From an uncultured Bacteroidales bacterium (GTDB taxonomy: Bacteria > Bacteroidota > Bacteroidia > Bacteroidales > UBA4417), in contig CAIRMR010000153.1 of assembly GCA_903879715.1 (NCBI GenBank), positions 3,026 to 67,025 on the forward strand: a DNA stretch of 64,000 nucleotides. Direction: 5' to 3'. Position numbers and translations under genes: made by a program. Positions 47,173 to 55,545 of the stretch are shown piece after piece; within the stretch, counting starts at the first letter, position 1, and each line of letters starts with the position of its first letter. The notes under the pieces are model-generated. The model saw nothing but the letters and a program-made list of their open reading frames with translations, searched no databases and was not told the origin of the DNA.

Positions 47173-50100
47173 ATGATTCAGATTAAGAGCACAATTATGC
47201 CAGTAACAGGCTTAACCTGCACAAATTGCGCATCTACAATCGAGGAGAAAGTCCGCAAACTTCCAGGCGTTATTGATGCTAATGTTGATTTTGCAAGCGA
47301 AAAGCTTTCCGTTAAATTTGATCCAACTCAGCTTGCGGAGAATGATATTGTTTCGATAGTGAGTAAAATTGGATATGGTGTTGCTACCGGTAAAATCGAT
47401 TTACCTGTCACCGGTCTTCAGGATAATAACGATGCCTTATCGCTGGAAAAAATTCTGAGTAAGCAGAATGGTGTACTTAAAGCTATTGTAGGCTATGGCA
47501 CCGAACGGGCTATGCTTGAATATATTCCGGGAGTTACAAGTATAGCTGAACTTGCTGCTGTCATTCGTAAGGCAGGGTTCGATATTGTTCAGGCCAGCGA
47601 TGCGGAAGAAATTGAAGATGTTGAAGCCGCTGTGCGTGCTTCGGAACTTAAAAAACAAAAGAATCTGTTGATAACCGGCCTCACATTTACGATTCCGCTT
47701 ATCATGTACAGCATGGCTCGCGACTTCAGTGTCGTGGGATTCAACTATGATCAATATGCTATGCTTTTTGCGGCTACTATAGTTCAGTTTGTTGTAGGGT
47801 GGCATTTTTATATCGGTGCTTATAAAATTTTGCGTTACGGCAGTGCCAATATGGATGTCTTAATCGCGATGGGCTCGTCAGTTGCGTATTTTTCCAGCCT
47901 GCTGGTAACCGTTGGTATTATCAACAGCCCGCATGTTTATTTCGAAACAGGAGCTGCAATCATTACACTGATCAGGCTTGGAAAATACCTGGAAGCAAGA
48001 GCAAAAGGCAAAACATCCGAAGCGCTTAAAGCATTGATGGGATTACGCGCCAAGACGGCTACCGTTTTACGTGATGGCCGGGAAATCGAAATCAACGTTG
48101 ACGAAGTTGTAGTTGGCGATATTGTTCTTGTTCGACCCGGAGGCAAAATACCTGTCGACGGAATTATTATCGAAGGCCATTCGGCTCTTGATGAATCTAT
48201 GATTACAGGTGAGTCGATGCCGGTTAGCAAAGGACCTGGCAATGAAGTTATTGGTGCCACTATTAACCGTGAAGGATTGATCCGCTTCGAAGCTACCAAG
48301 GTTGGCAAGAATACAACACTTTCGCAGATTGTTAGGCTTGTGCAGGAAGCACAGTCGAGCAAAGCACCCATACAGAAGCTTACAGATGAAATTGGCAGAT
48401 ATTTTGTCCCAATTATCATTGGTATAGCACTTTTCACATTTTTTGGCTGGGTATATGTAGCTCAGATTGACTGGACCGGGGCTATGATTAATGCCATTGC
48501 TGTGCTGGTAATAGCCTGCCCTTGCGCAATAGGTCTGGCAACGCCAACAGCAATCATTGTCGGTACTTCAAAGGGCGCTGAAAATGGTATTTTATTCAAA
48601 AGCAGCGAAATGCTGGAGCGTGCCGGGAAAATAAACATAGTAGTATTTGATAAAACCGGAACTCTGACTAAAGGAGAACCGACAGTAACAGATATAATTG
48701 CCCTGGATGGTCTTACAGCAAATGCGGTTCTTCAGCAGGCTGCCAGTGCCGAGCGTGGATCTGAGCACCCTCTGGGTCGTGCGCTCGTAAAAGCTGCCCT
48801 TGAAAAAGGCTTGACTCTTATAAATCCAAAACAATTTCGTGCATTTGGTGGTTCAGGAATAAGGGCTGTAGTGGATGATCAATCAGTCGTTATTGGAAAC
48901 CTGCGCATGATGCAGAATGAAAAAATTGACATTGAAGAGTTTCAGGATGATGTTCAGCGGTTGCAATCCGCAGGTAAAACAGCTATGATTGTAGCCTGCA
49001 AACCAGTTAATAGTACTGAGCCTGCCCGGCCCATCGGAATAATTGCTGTTGCTGATACCGTTAAATCCGGAGCCAAAGAGGCGATTCATGATTTACGCCT
49101 GCTTGGAATGGATATAGTAATGATTACCGGTGATAATCAAAGTACAGCCGAAGCTATTGCCCGACAGCTGGGAATTAGTACTGTTCTGGCTGAAGTATTG
49201 CCCGGTGAAAAGGCAAATGCAATAAAAAAACTACAGGAAAAAGGCAGCATGGGTAATTTTGCTCATCCCGTGGTAGCAATGGTGGGCGATGGTATTAATG
49301 ACGCACCGGCGCTGGCACAAGCAGATGTGGGAATTGCTATAGGAACCGGAACTGATATTGCGATGGCTGCCGCCGGAATAACACTCATCAGCGGGGATCT
49401 TTCAGGCGTGGGCCGTGCTATTTCCTTGTCACGTGGCACCTCTCAAACCATTGTACAGAATCTTATCTGGGCTTTGTTTTATAATGTTGCTCTTATCCCG
49501 ATAGCGGCTTATGGTATGCTTAGTCCTATGTTTGCAGCAGGTGCGATGGCTTTCAGCTCAATTTTTGTTATTACCAACAGCCTTCGTTTAAAATCCTTCA
49601 AAGTACAGACTTTTGCTCCGCCCAAATCAATTCTGAGACAGGCCCTATCGCTAATACCACGAATTATCGCTCCGGCCGTTGCGCTGGCAATTCTTATTAT
49701 TGGCCCTATGGTTTTTATGCCTGGTGCAAATATGGAAATAAAAGGCGCAAATCCAGGTTCAATGTCACCCTTACTAATGATGGTAATGGCTCTGTCGAAT
49801 GCGTTGATAGCGATATCCTATGCTTCTATTCCCTTTTTTCTGATTGTTTTTGTCCGTAAGCGAAAGGACTTGCCATTCACCTGGATAATTTTCCTTTTCG
49901 GACTGTTTATCCTTGCATGTGGAGCAACGCATATCACTCACGTCATTGGTCTTTGGTGGGAAGTGAACTGGTGGCAGGCAAGCTTTGACGCTATTTGTGC
50001 CGTTATTTCAGTAGCCACAGCTGTGGTTGTATGGCCCATACTTCCACGTCTTCTCTCTATTCCCAGCCCAAACCAGTTAAGAATGGTTAATGAGGAATTG

Positions 50101-51762
50101 CAAAAGGAGAAAGATAAACTTGTTTTCACACAAAGTGAACTGCATAAAGCTTACAATGCAATTGAACTACGCGTAAATGAACGTACAGCTGAATTAATGA
50201 TTGCCAATAAGTCGCTCCAGGATGAAGTCAGGATACGTAAAAGAGCTGAGAAATCACTCCGCGAAAGCGAAAATCAATTTAGACGGCTATTCGAAAGTAC
50301 ACCTTTACCCATATGTTATGTCGATTCAGAGGGTAAGATTGTACTCAGAAACGATCGATTTGTAAACACATTTGGATACACCGAAACCGATGTTCCTACA
50401 CTTACAGAATGGTGGATTAAAGCGTATCCTGATGAACAATACCGGCAAAAGGTGAATGATAGCTGGAATGTGGCTGTTGAAAAAGCAGCTGAATCCGGCA
50501 CCGATATTCAATCAGATGTGTATCACGTAACCTGCAAGGATGGCAGTATCCGCGAAATTATTATTTCAGGGACATACATTAATGAAAATTTTCTGGCTAC
50601 TTTTATCGATATAACTGAACGTAAAAAAGCAGAAGAAGCCCTGGCAGTGAGCGAAGAAAAATACCGCTTAATTGCTGATAATACTGACGATTGGGTATAT
50701 TGGATTACACCGGAAGGGAAATTGCGATACATTTCACCATCCTGCGAGCGGGTAACCGGATATACGCCTTCCGAATTTGTCGTTTCTCCAAAATTAATAG
50801 ACGAAATTGTATATACTGAAGACAGGGTCATTCATACGCAGCATGCTGAACTTATTAAAAATAAATTAAGTGCGGAAAGCCTGGAATTCCGTATAATAAC
50901 CAAAACCGGGGAAATTTGCTGGATAAGTCATTCATGCGGTCCAATCTATACCCAGGAGGGTATTTTTGCAGGGCGTAAAGCGACAAACCGCAACATCACG
51001 CAACGGAAAAAAGCTGAAGAAGATATAAAAATCCTTAATTCAGAACTTGAACATCGAGTAATACAACGCACTGAACAGTTTGTAGCAGCCAATAAAGAAC
51101 TCGAAGCATTCTCCTATTCCGTTTCTCACGACTTACGGGCTCCCTTGCGGCATATCAGTGGATTTATCGGACTTTTCCTCGAAAACAAATCATCGGAATT
51201 AACTAAGGAAGAGCTTGGATACCTCAATGTTGTAGTTCAATCCTCCGAAGAGATGGGAAAACTTATTGACGCACTGCTCTCATTTTCGAAGCTTAACCGC
51301 TCCGAACTTCACAAAGAACGAATTGATACCCCGCAGATAATAAAAAGGGTTTTACAACTCTTTGAGCCGGAAATTCAGTCAAGGTCTATTGAAATAAAAG
51401 TTGATGTACTTCCCGAATCGAAGGCTGATCAGCAACTTCTCAACCAGGTGTGGATTAACCTGGTTTCAAATGCCATTAAATACACCGGCAAAAAAGAAAA
51501 AGCTATCATCGAAATCGGTAGTTTTGGCGCTGATAAAGAAACTATATTCTTTATCAAAGACAATGGTGCCGGATTTAACATGAAATATGCGGAAAAATTG
51601 TTTACTGTATTTCAGCGTCTTCACAAATCCCGCGATTTTGAAGGAATAGGGATCGGGCTGGCAAACATCCAGCGTATTGTTGTACGCCATGGTGGCCGTT
51701 GCTGGGCTGAAGGCGAGATTAACAAAGGCGCAACCTTTTATTTTAGTTTACCCAACGAATAA
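47173..51762 (+). CDS. Fusion protein: Cu(I)-translocating P1B-type ATPase (CopA-like) + ETR1-like ethylene-binding/Cu(I)-cofactor membrane domain + 2 PAS + histidine kinase
   Basis: A single 1529-codon frame with no stop. ATPase motifs are CTNC (HMA), ITGES, CPC, DKTGT, SEHPLG and GDGINDAP. These are followed by ...[16 protein letters not shown]...[16 protein letters not shown]... (EBD-like), a coiled coil, two PAS domains, the H-box [11 protein letters not shown], an N-box [16 protein letters not shown] and GIGIGLA. Confidence 0.85.
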   Translation: MIQIKSTIMPVTGLTCTNCASTIEEKVRKLPGVIDANVDFASEKLSVKFDPTQLAENDIVSIVSKIGYGVATGKIDLPVTGLQDNNDALSLEKILSKQNGVLKAIVGYGTERAMLEYIPGVTSIAELAAVIRKAGFDIVQASDAEEIEDVEAAVRASELKKQKNLLITGLTFTIPLIMYSMARDFSVVGFNYDQYAMLFAATIVQFVVGWHFYIGAYKILRYGSANMDVLIAMGSSVAYFSSLLVTVGIINSPHVYFETGAAIITLIRLGKYLEARAKGKTSEALKALMGLRAKTATVLRDGREIEINVDEVVVGDIVLVRPGGKIPVDGIIIEGHSALDESMITGESMPVSKGPGNEVIGATINREGLIRFEATKVGKNTTLSQIVRLVQEAQSSKAPIQKLTDEIGRYFVPIIIGIALFTFFGWVYVAQIDWTGAMINAIAVLVIACPCAIGLATPTAIIVGTSKGAENGILFKSSEMLERAGKINIVVFDKTGTLTKGEPTVTDIIALDGLTANAVLQQAASAERGSEHPLGRALVKAALEKGLTLINPKQFRAFGGSGIRAVVDDQSVVIGNLRMMQNEKIDIEEFQDDVQRLQSAGKTAMIVACKPVNSTEPARPIGIIAVADTVKSGAKEAIHDLRLLGMDIVMITGDNQSTAEAIARQLGISTVLAEVLPGEKANAIKKLQEKGSMGNFAHPVVAMVGDGINDAPALAQADVGIAIGTGTDIAMAAAGITLISGDLSGVGRAISLSRGTSQTIVQNLIWALFYNVALIPIAAYGMLSPMFAAGAMAFSSIFVITNSLRLKSFKVQTFAPPKSILRQALSLIPRIIAPAVALAILIIGPMVFMPGANMEIKGANPGSMSPLLMMVMALSNALIAISYASIPFFLIVFVRKRKDLPFTWIIFLFGLFILACGATHITHVIGLWWEVNWWQASFDAICAVISVATAVVVWPILPRLLSIPSPNQLRMVNEELQKEKDKLVFTQSELHKAYNAIELRVNERTAELMIANKSLQDEVRIRKRAEKSLRESENQFRRLFESTPLPICYVDSEGKIVLRNDRFVNTFGYTETDVPTLTEWWIKAYPDEQYRQKVNDSWNVAVEKAAESGTDIQSDVYHVTCKDGSIREIIISGTYINENFLATFIDITERKKAEEALAVSEEKYRLIADNTDDWVYWITPEGKLRYISPSCERVTGYTPSEFVVSPKLIDEIVYTEDRVIHTQHAELIKNKLSAESLEFRIITKTGEICWISHSCGPIYTQEGIFAGRKATNRNITQRKKAEEDIKILNSELEHRVIQRTEQFVAANKELEAFSYSVSHDLRAPLRHISGFIGLFLENKSSELTKEELGYLNVVVQSSEEMGKLIDALLSFSKLNRSELHKERIDTPQIIKRVLQLFEPEIQSRSIEIKVDVLPESKADQQLLNQVWINLVSNAIKYTGKKEKAIIEIGSFGADKETIFFIKDNGAGFNMKYAEKLFTVFQRLHKSRDFEGIGIGLANIQRIVVRHGGRCWAEGEINKGATFYFSLPNE
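47194..47388 (+). other. Domain: heavy-metal-associated (HMA) domain 1 with an intact CxxC
   Basis: [25 protein letters not shown]... Confidence 0.85.
47395..47592 (+). other. Domain: HMA-like domain 2, metal-binding cysteines absent
   Basis: [25 protein letters not shown]... has the HMA fold pattern, but the CxxC position reads DNND. Confidence 0.6.
49662..49720 (+). other. Domain: single bridging transmembrane helix between the ATPase TM8 and the EBD-like module
   Basis: A hydrophobic stretch [19 protein letters not shown] follows the ATPase C-terminal [10 protein letters not shown] polar loop [13 protein letters not shown] follows it. Confidence 0.6.
49761..50085 (+). other. Domain: ETR1/SynEtr1-like ethylene-binding domain (three TM helices; Cys/His Cu(I) ligands in helix 2)
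   Basis: [106 protein letters not shown]. The Cys codon is at 49918-49920 and the His codon at 49930-49932. Confidence 0.75.
50270..51000 (+). other. Domains: two PAS/PAC modules
   Basis: [24 protein letters not shown]...[12 protein letters not shown] and [25 protein letters not shown]...[12 protein letters not shown]. Confidence 0.8.
51100..51759 (+). other. Domains: HisKA + HATPase_c catalytic core
   Basis: [16 protein letters not shown] (His codon at 51127-51129), [31 protein letters not shown]. Confidence 0.9.
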
Positions 51763-51792
51763 TTTGTAAATTGCATTCATATTTGGGCTAAT

Positions 51793-52230
51793 ATGGAAAC
51801 TACCATCAAAAATATTCTTTTGGTCGACGACAGCGCCAATGATGTGATCCTTATCAAATCCGCATTGAAGAATGCGCACTTTGGCAACGAAATTATTGTG
51901 GCTGAAGATGGAGAAGAAGCTATTGGTTTTTTATACAAACGGGGGAAATTCGCTGATTATTCAGGCGGAATGCCGGTTTTTATTCTACTGGATATTAAAT
52001 TACCTTTGATGAACGGCATCGAAGTATTGAAGGTAATTCGTTCCGATAAGGCATTTAAGCATATTCCCGTGATTATGCTTACTTCTTCACGCGACACTCT
52101 CGATCTGAAGGAGTGCTATGACAATGGGGCCAATTCGTTCGTAGTAAAACCGGTGAATATAAACGACTTTATGCTGGTAGTTAAAGAATTGGGGCAATAC
52201 TGGGTGGTAATAAATGAAATACCGTCATAA
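51793..52230 (+). CDS. Stand-alone receiver-domain response regulator (CheY/Rcp1-like, no output domain)
   Basis: 145 aa: ILLVDDSANDV, phospho-Asp context FILLDIKLPLMNG, TSS, and K in VVKPV. Confidence 0.9.
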   Translation: METTIKNILLVDDSANDVILIKSALKNAHFGNEIIVAEDGEEAIGFLYKRGKFADYSGGMPVFILLDIKLPLMNGIEVLKVIRSDKAFKHIPVIMLTSSRDTLDLKECYDNGANSFVVKPVNINDFMLVVKELGQYWVVINEIPS

Positions 52231-52247
52231 GAGGTGAAATGATTTAT

Positions 52248-52265
52248 CCCGACCTTCAGGTCGGG
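52248..52265 (+). promoter_or_regulatory. Intercistronic stem-loop between the receiver gene and the hybrid kinase gene
   Basis: cccgacc-ttca-ggtcggg is a 7-bp GC-rich stem with a tetraloop. Flanking tttat/ataaa extends it. There is no U-tract. Confidence 0.45.
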
Positions 52266-52285
52266 GAAATAAAACCCGATTACAA

Positions 52286-54268
52286 ATGGAAAGCATAATT
52301 CAGCTACTTCATCTCGAAGATAACCCTACAGACTCACTGTTGGTACAGTCGTTGCTGAAAAAGGCTAATGTCCGCTTCAACTATTTCTTTGCCGATAATG
52401 AAGAAGATTACCTTTTCATACTCAGAAACCATACAATCGATCTGATTTTATCCGATTACCACTTGCCTTCTTATTCAGGTGCCGAAGCGCTGTTGTTTGC
52501 AAGAAGAAATTATCCCAATATCCCGTTTGTGTTTTTAAGCGGAACGATGGGAGAGGATGCAGCCATTGAATCACTTTTAAACGGAGCTACTGATTATGTG
52601 CTCAAAAACAAAATGGAAAGGCTTATCCCGGCTGTTTATCGTGCTTACAAAGAAGCCCAGGAAACCAAAGCCCGGCAAAAAGCTGAAGATGAACTCCGGA
52701 AATTATCACGGGCTGTTGAGCAGAGCCCAAATTCGGTTGTGATCACCGATACGGAAGGCAGAATTGAATATGCAAATCCGGCAACACTTAAACTGACCGG
52801 TTATACCAGTGAAGAAGCAATGGGAAAAAATCCAAGGATATTTAGTACTCACGAAAAAACCAGGGAAGAATATGATTTTTTATGGGAAACTATCCAATCA
52901 GGAAAAGAATGGAAAGGGGAGTTTCACAATAAAAAGAAAGATGGGGAACTGTATTGGGAATCTGCTTCAATATCTCCTATTTTAAACGAAAATGGCGTTA
53001 TAACTCATTACCTTGCCATAAAGAAAGACATTACTGAAAGTAAACAGCTTACTACAGACCTTATCAATGCTAAAGAAAAGGCAGAAGAAAGCGATCGTTT
53101 AAAAACAGCTTTTCTTGCGAATATGAGTCATGAAATACGAACACCTATGAATGGTATCCTGGGTTTTGCCGCTCTTCTCAAAGAACCTGATCTGTCTGGT
53201 TCTCAGCAACAGGAATATATCAGGATTATAGAGAAAAGTGGTGCCCGTATGCTCAATATTATCAATGATATTATAAGTATTTCAAAATTAGAATCAGGTC
53301 AGACAAACCTTCTGTATTCCGAAATAAATGTAAATGAACTGGTTAAAGACTTGCATGATTTTTTTAGACCTGAGGCTCAGCAGAAAGGATTATATTTATA
53401 TCTTAAAAATTCATTGCCCGACAGTAAGGCAATAATCACGACAGATAAAGAAAAACTTACTGCTGTTTTAACCAACCTGATTAAAAACGCTGTTAAATTT
53501 ACTAAACAAGGCTCCATTACCATTGGTTATAAATTGAACCCATCCAAGCTATTGAATGAAGATGGAACGTTAGTTGAACCAGATGTACTAGAGTTTTTTG
53601 TAAAAGATACTGGTGTTGGCATTAGCCAGGAAAATAAGGGGATTGTTTTTGAGCGGTTCCGGCAAGGAAGTGAATCTCTGACCAGAAACTATGAAGGTGC
53701 TGGTTTGGGATTATCGATTTCGAAAGCATATGTGGAACTATTAGGGGGTAAAATCTGGTTTGAATCCAATCCTGAAGTTAACTCGGGAGAAAACGGGTCG
53801 GTTTTCTTTTTCTCGATTCCTTATTTACCTGTCCTGGAAAAACATGATACCATTACAAACACTAAACTTAACCTGAAAAGCATCGACATGATAAAACCTA
53901 TTAAAATTCTCATCAGTGAAGACGATGAAACATCGGATTTGCTGATTGCAATTATGTTACGAAAATTTAATACCGAAATCCTGCATGCGAAAACCGGAAT
54001 TGAAGTTTTAGGGATATTACAGGAAAACCCTGATATCGATATGATCCTTATGGATATTCAGATGCCTGAAATGAACGGATATGAAGCAACCAGGGAAATA
54101 CGAAAGTTTAATACGGATATAGTAATAGTTGCACAAACAGCTTACTCACTTTCAGGAGAACGCGAAAAGGCCATGGCTGCCGGATGCAACGATTATTTTG
54201 CTAAACCTATTGATCAGAATATGTTGAATGATGTTATCATGAAGTATTTTAATGAAAAAACTGTTTGA
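52286..54268 (+). CDS. Hybrid sensor kinase: REC - PAS - HisKA - HATPase - REC
   Basis: 660 aa: N-terminal receiver (LILSDYHLPSYSG), PAS (RAVEQSPNSVVITDTEGRIEYANPA...), H-box MSHEIRTPMNGI, HATPase (LIKNAVKFT, KDTGVGI, GAGLGLSI) and C-terminal receiver (ILMDIQMPEMNG). Confidence 0.9.
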   Translation: MESIIQLLHLEDNPTDSLLVQSLLKKANVRFNYFFADNEEDYLFILRNHTIDLILSDYHLPSYSGAEALLFARRNYPNIPFVFLSGTMGEDAAIESLLNGATDYVLKNKMERLIPAVYRAYKEAQETKARQKAEDELRKLSRAVEQSPNSVVITDTEGRIEYANPATLKLTGYTSEEAMGKNPRIFSTHEKTREEYDFLWETIQSGKEWKGEFHNKKKDGELYWESASISPILNENGVITHYLAIKKDITESKQLTTDLINAKEKAEESDRLKTAFLANMSHEIRTPMNGILGFAALLKEPDLSGSQQQEYIRIIEKSGARMLNIINDIISISKLESGQTNLLYSEINVNELVKDLHDFFRPEAQQKGLYLYLKNSLPDSKAIITTDKEKLTAVLTNLIKNAVKFTKQGSITIGYKLNPSKLLNEDGTLVEPDVLEFFVKDTGVGISQENKGIVFERFRQGSESLTRNYEGAGLGLSISKAYVELLGGKIWFESNPEVNSGENGSVFFFSIPYLPVLEKHDTITNTKLNLKSIDMIKPIKILISEDDETSDLLIAIMLRKFNTEILHAKTGIEVLGILQENPDIDMILMDIQMPEMNGYEATREIRKFNTDIVIVAQTAYSLSGEREKAMAAGCNDYFAKPIDQNMLNDVIMKYFNEKTV

Positions 54269-54515
54269 CTTTTGTTTGAGAATATGGATTGGCCTTTCCT
54301 TTGCCGATTAACTGATTCATGGTTTTTTATGATGTTCACTGGAAAAATCCCTTTCGGACATGGGTCAATTTAACAATACTGCTGATCGTAATGCTGCTCT
54401 GCTAATTAGAAATTGCGGGTCAGTCATAAAAGTTGGGGAAGAAGAAGGGTTTTTTGGAAAGGCCATAAGTTTTTTGAAACTTTCTAGTTTCGTTTTTTAA
54501 CGTTAGTGATGGATA

Positions 54516-54596
54516 ATAAAGCACCGTAGGTGCGAAATTATGGTAGAAAAAAGATCATCAATATATTAAAAGCCTCGTAGAGGCGGTATTATTGAT
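54516..54596. repeat. Left arm of an imperfect inverted repeat of about 80 bp flanking the RAYT pseudogene; holds two GTA-loop hairpins
   Basis: ataaag-gcaccGTAggtgc-gaaattatggtag...aa-gcctcGTAgaggc-ggtattatt. Its reverse-complement partner is at 54964-55049. Confidence 0.8.
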
Positions 54597-54953
54597 GAAA
54601 AAATTATTCATAAAATTCAAAAATATAGGCTGCGATCGTGAATATGAGAAACCTCTTTATTCTTCCTGCCATGAAAATTTGCCAACCATAAGTTTATTTT
54701 TATTAAACCATTTCGAAAAATCGGCCTTTACAATTCTTACAATGTCCGAAAGAGATTAAAAGGGACTCATTTCTAAAAACCTATGGACATGGTCTTTGTA
54801 CCCATTTACTGCCTGGGAAAATTGATTGGTATTGGTTAAAATTCATGAGATATATTTGAATAGCTCAGGACGCATTTTGGATGGCAATATATTTTCTCTT
54901 CCTTTAACTGCAAAAACAACGTGAGTGTTCAGGTGCGAGTAAATATTTGCCAT
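54558..54953 (-). pseudogene. RAYT / IS200-like Y1 (HUH) transposase pseudogene with three in-frame stop codons
   Basis: My minus-strand translation in ONE frame is MANIYSHLNTHVVFAVKGRENILPSKMRPELFKYIS*ILTNTNQFSQAVNGYKDHVHRFLEMSPF*SLSDIVRIVKADFSKWFNKNKLMVGKFSWQEE*RGFSYSRSQPIF... The stops are the complements of 54843-45 (TGA), 54756-58 (TAA) and 54657-59 (TAA). The HUH motif is HVH. The C-terminal Tyr/HH region is not recognisable. Confidence 0.75.
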
Positions 54954-54963
54954 AAGAATAGTG

Positions 54964-55049
54964 TATAATAATGTCGCCTCTACGAGGCTTAACCTTAATT
55001 TGTATTTTTTTGCTACCATACTTTCGTCTCTACGAGACTTTATACTCTC
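54964..55049. repeat. Right arm of the inverted repeat flanking the RAYT pseudogene
   Basis: aataatgtc-gcctcTACgaggc-tt...ctaccatactttc-gtctcTACgagac-tttat. A 16-nt core (cgcctctacgaggctt) is the exact complement of the left arm. Confidence 0.8.
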
Positions 55050-55545
55050 AGAATTAACATTTTTCGAAACCTACTCCTCAACTTTTGAAAGTGATCCGAA
55101 ATTGCTTTTCATAAAAACAGCAAAATTTGTTCTGTAATTCTCACAGTTGATACCATTTATTATTGCCTTCATTTTTTTTTATTGGCAAGATATTATTTTG
55201 ATGTGCTGGATTATAAAACCACTTGAAGTAAAATCTTTTTTTGATTTTTTGTTGCTTTTTGATCAAGCAAAAAGCAAAAGAAAAATAAATAATCAATTCG
55301 ATATTTCCAAAACAATCAAATTTGTTTATAATTCTTCATCAAAATTTGGTTCCAGCACATCAAAAATTTATGTAGCCTTTTTGTTGCACATATCAGACGC
55401 AAAAAGAATAAACATGTATATAGTTGAAATACAGTTGGATAATTGAATATTGCATACGAAGATTATAATTTTGTGTATCTTTGCGACTCTGCCAAGATTC
55501 AATTAATCTTTTACCTCCTTTCAGGATACAGACAACTTAATACTC

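Noticed and set aside
47173-51762. The ATPase-kinase fusion could be two adjacent genes merged by a sequencing or assembly error.
   Set aside because: This is not excluded without reads, but I consider it unlikely. The frame is continuous, and no alternative start with an upstream stop exists at the junction. A single bridging TM helix gives the correct topology, and the kinase part would otherwise lack its own N-terminal start context. It is kept as a finding, with read-level verification requested.
54558-54953. The three in-frame stops in the RAYT-like gene could reflect stop-codon reassignment or programmed read-through.
   Set aside because: TAA and TGA both terminate well-supported genes throughout the window. 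The C-terminal catalytic Tyr/HH region of the protein is also unrecognisable. Pseudogenisation is the simpler reading.
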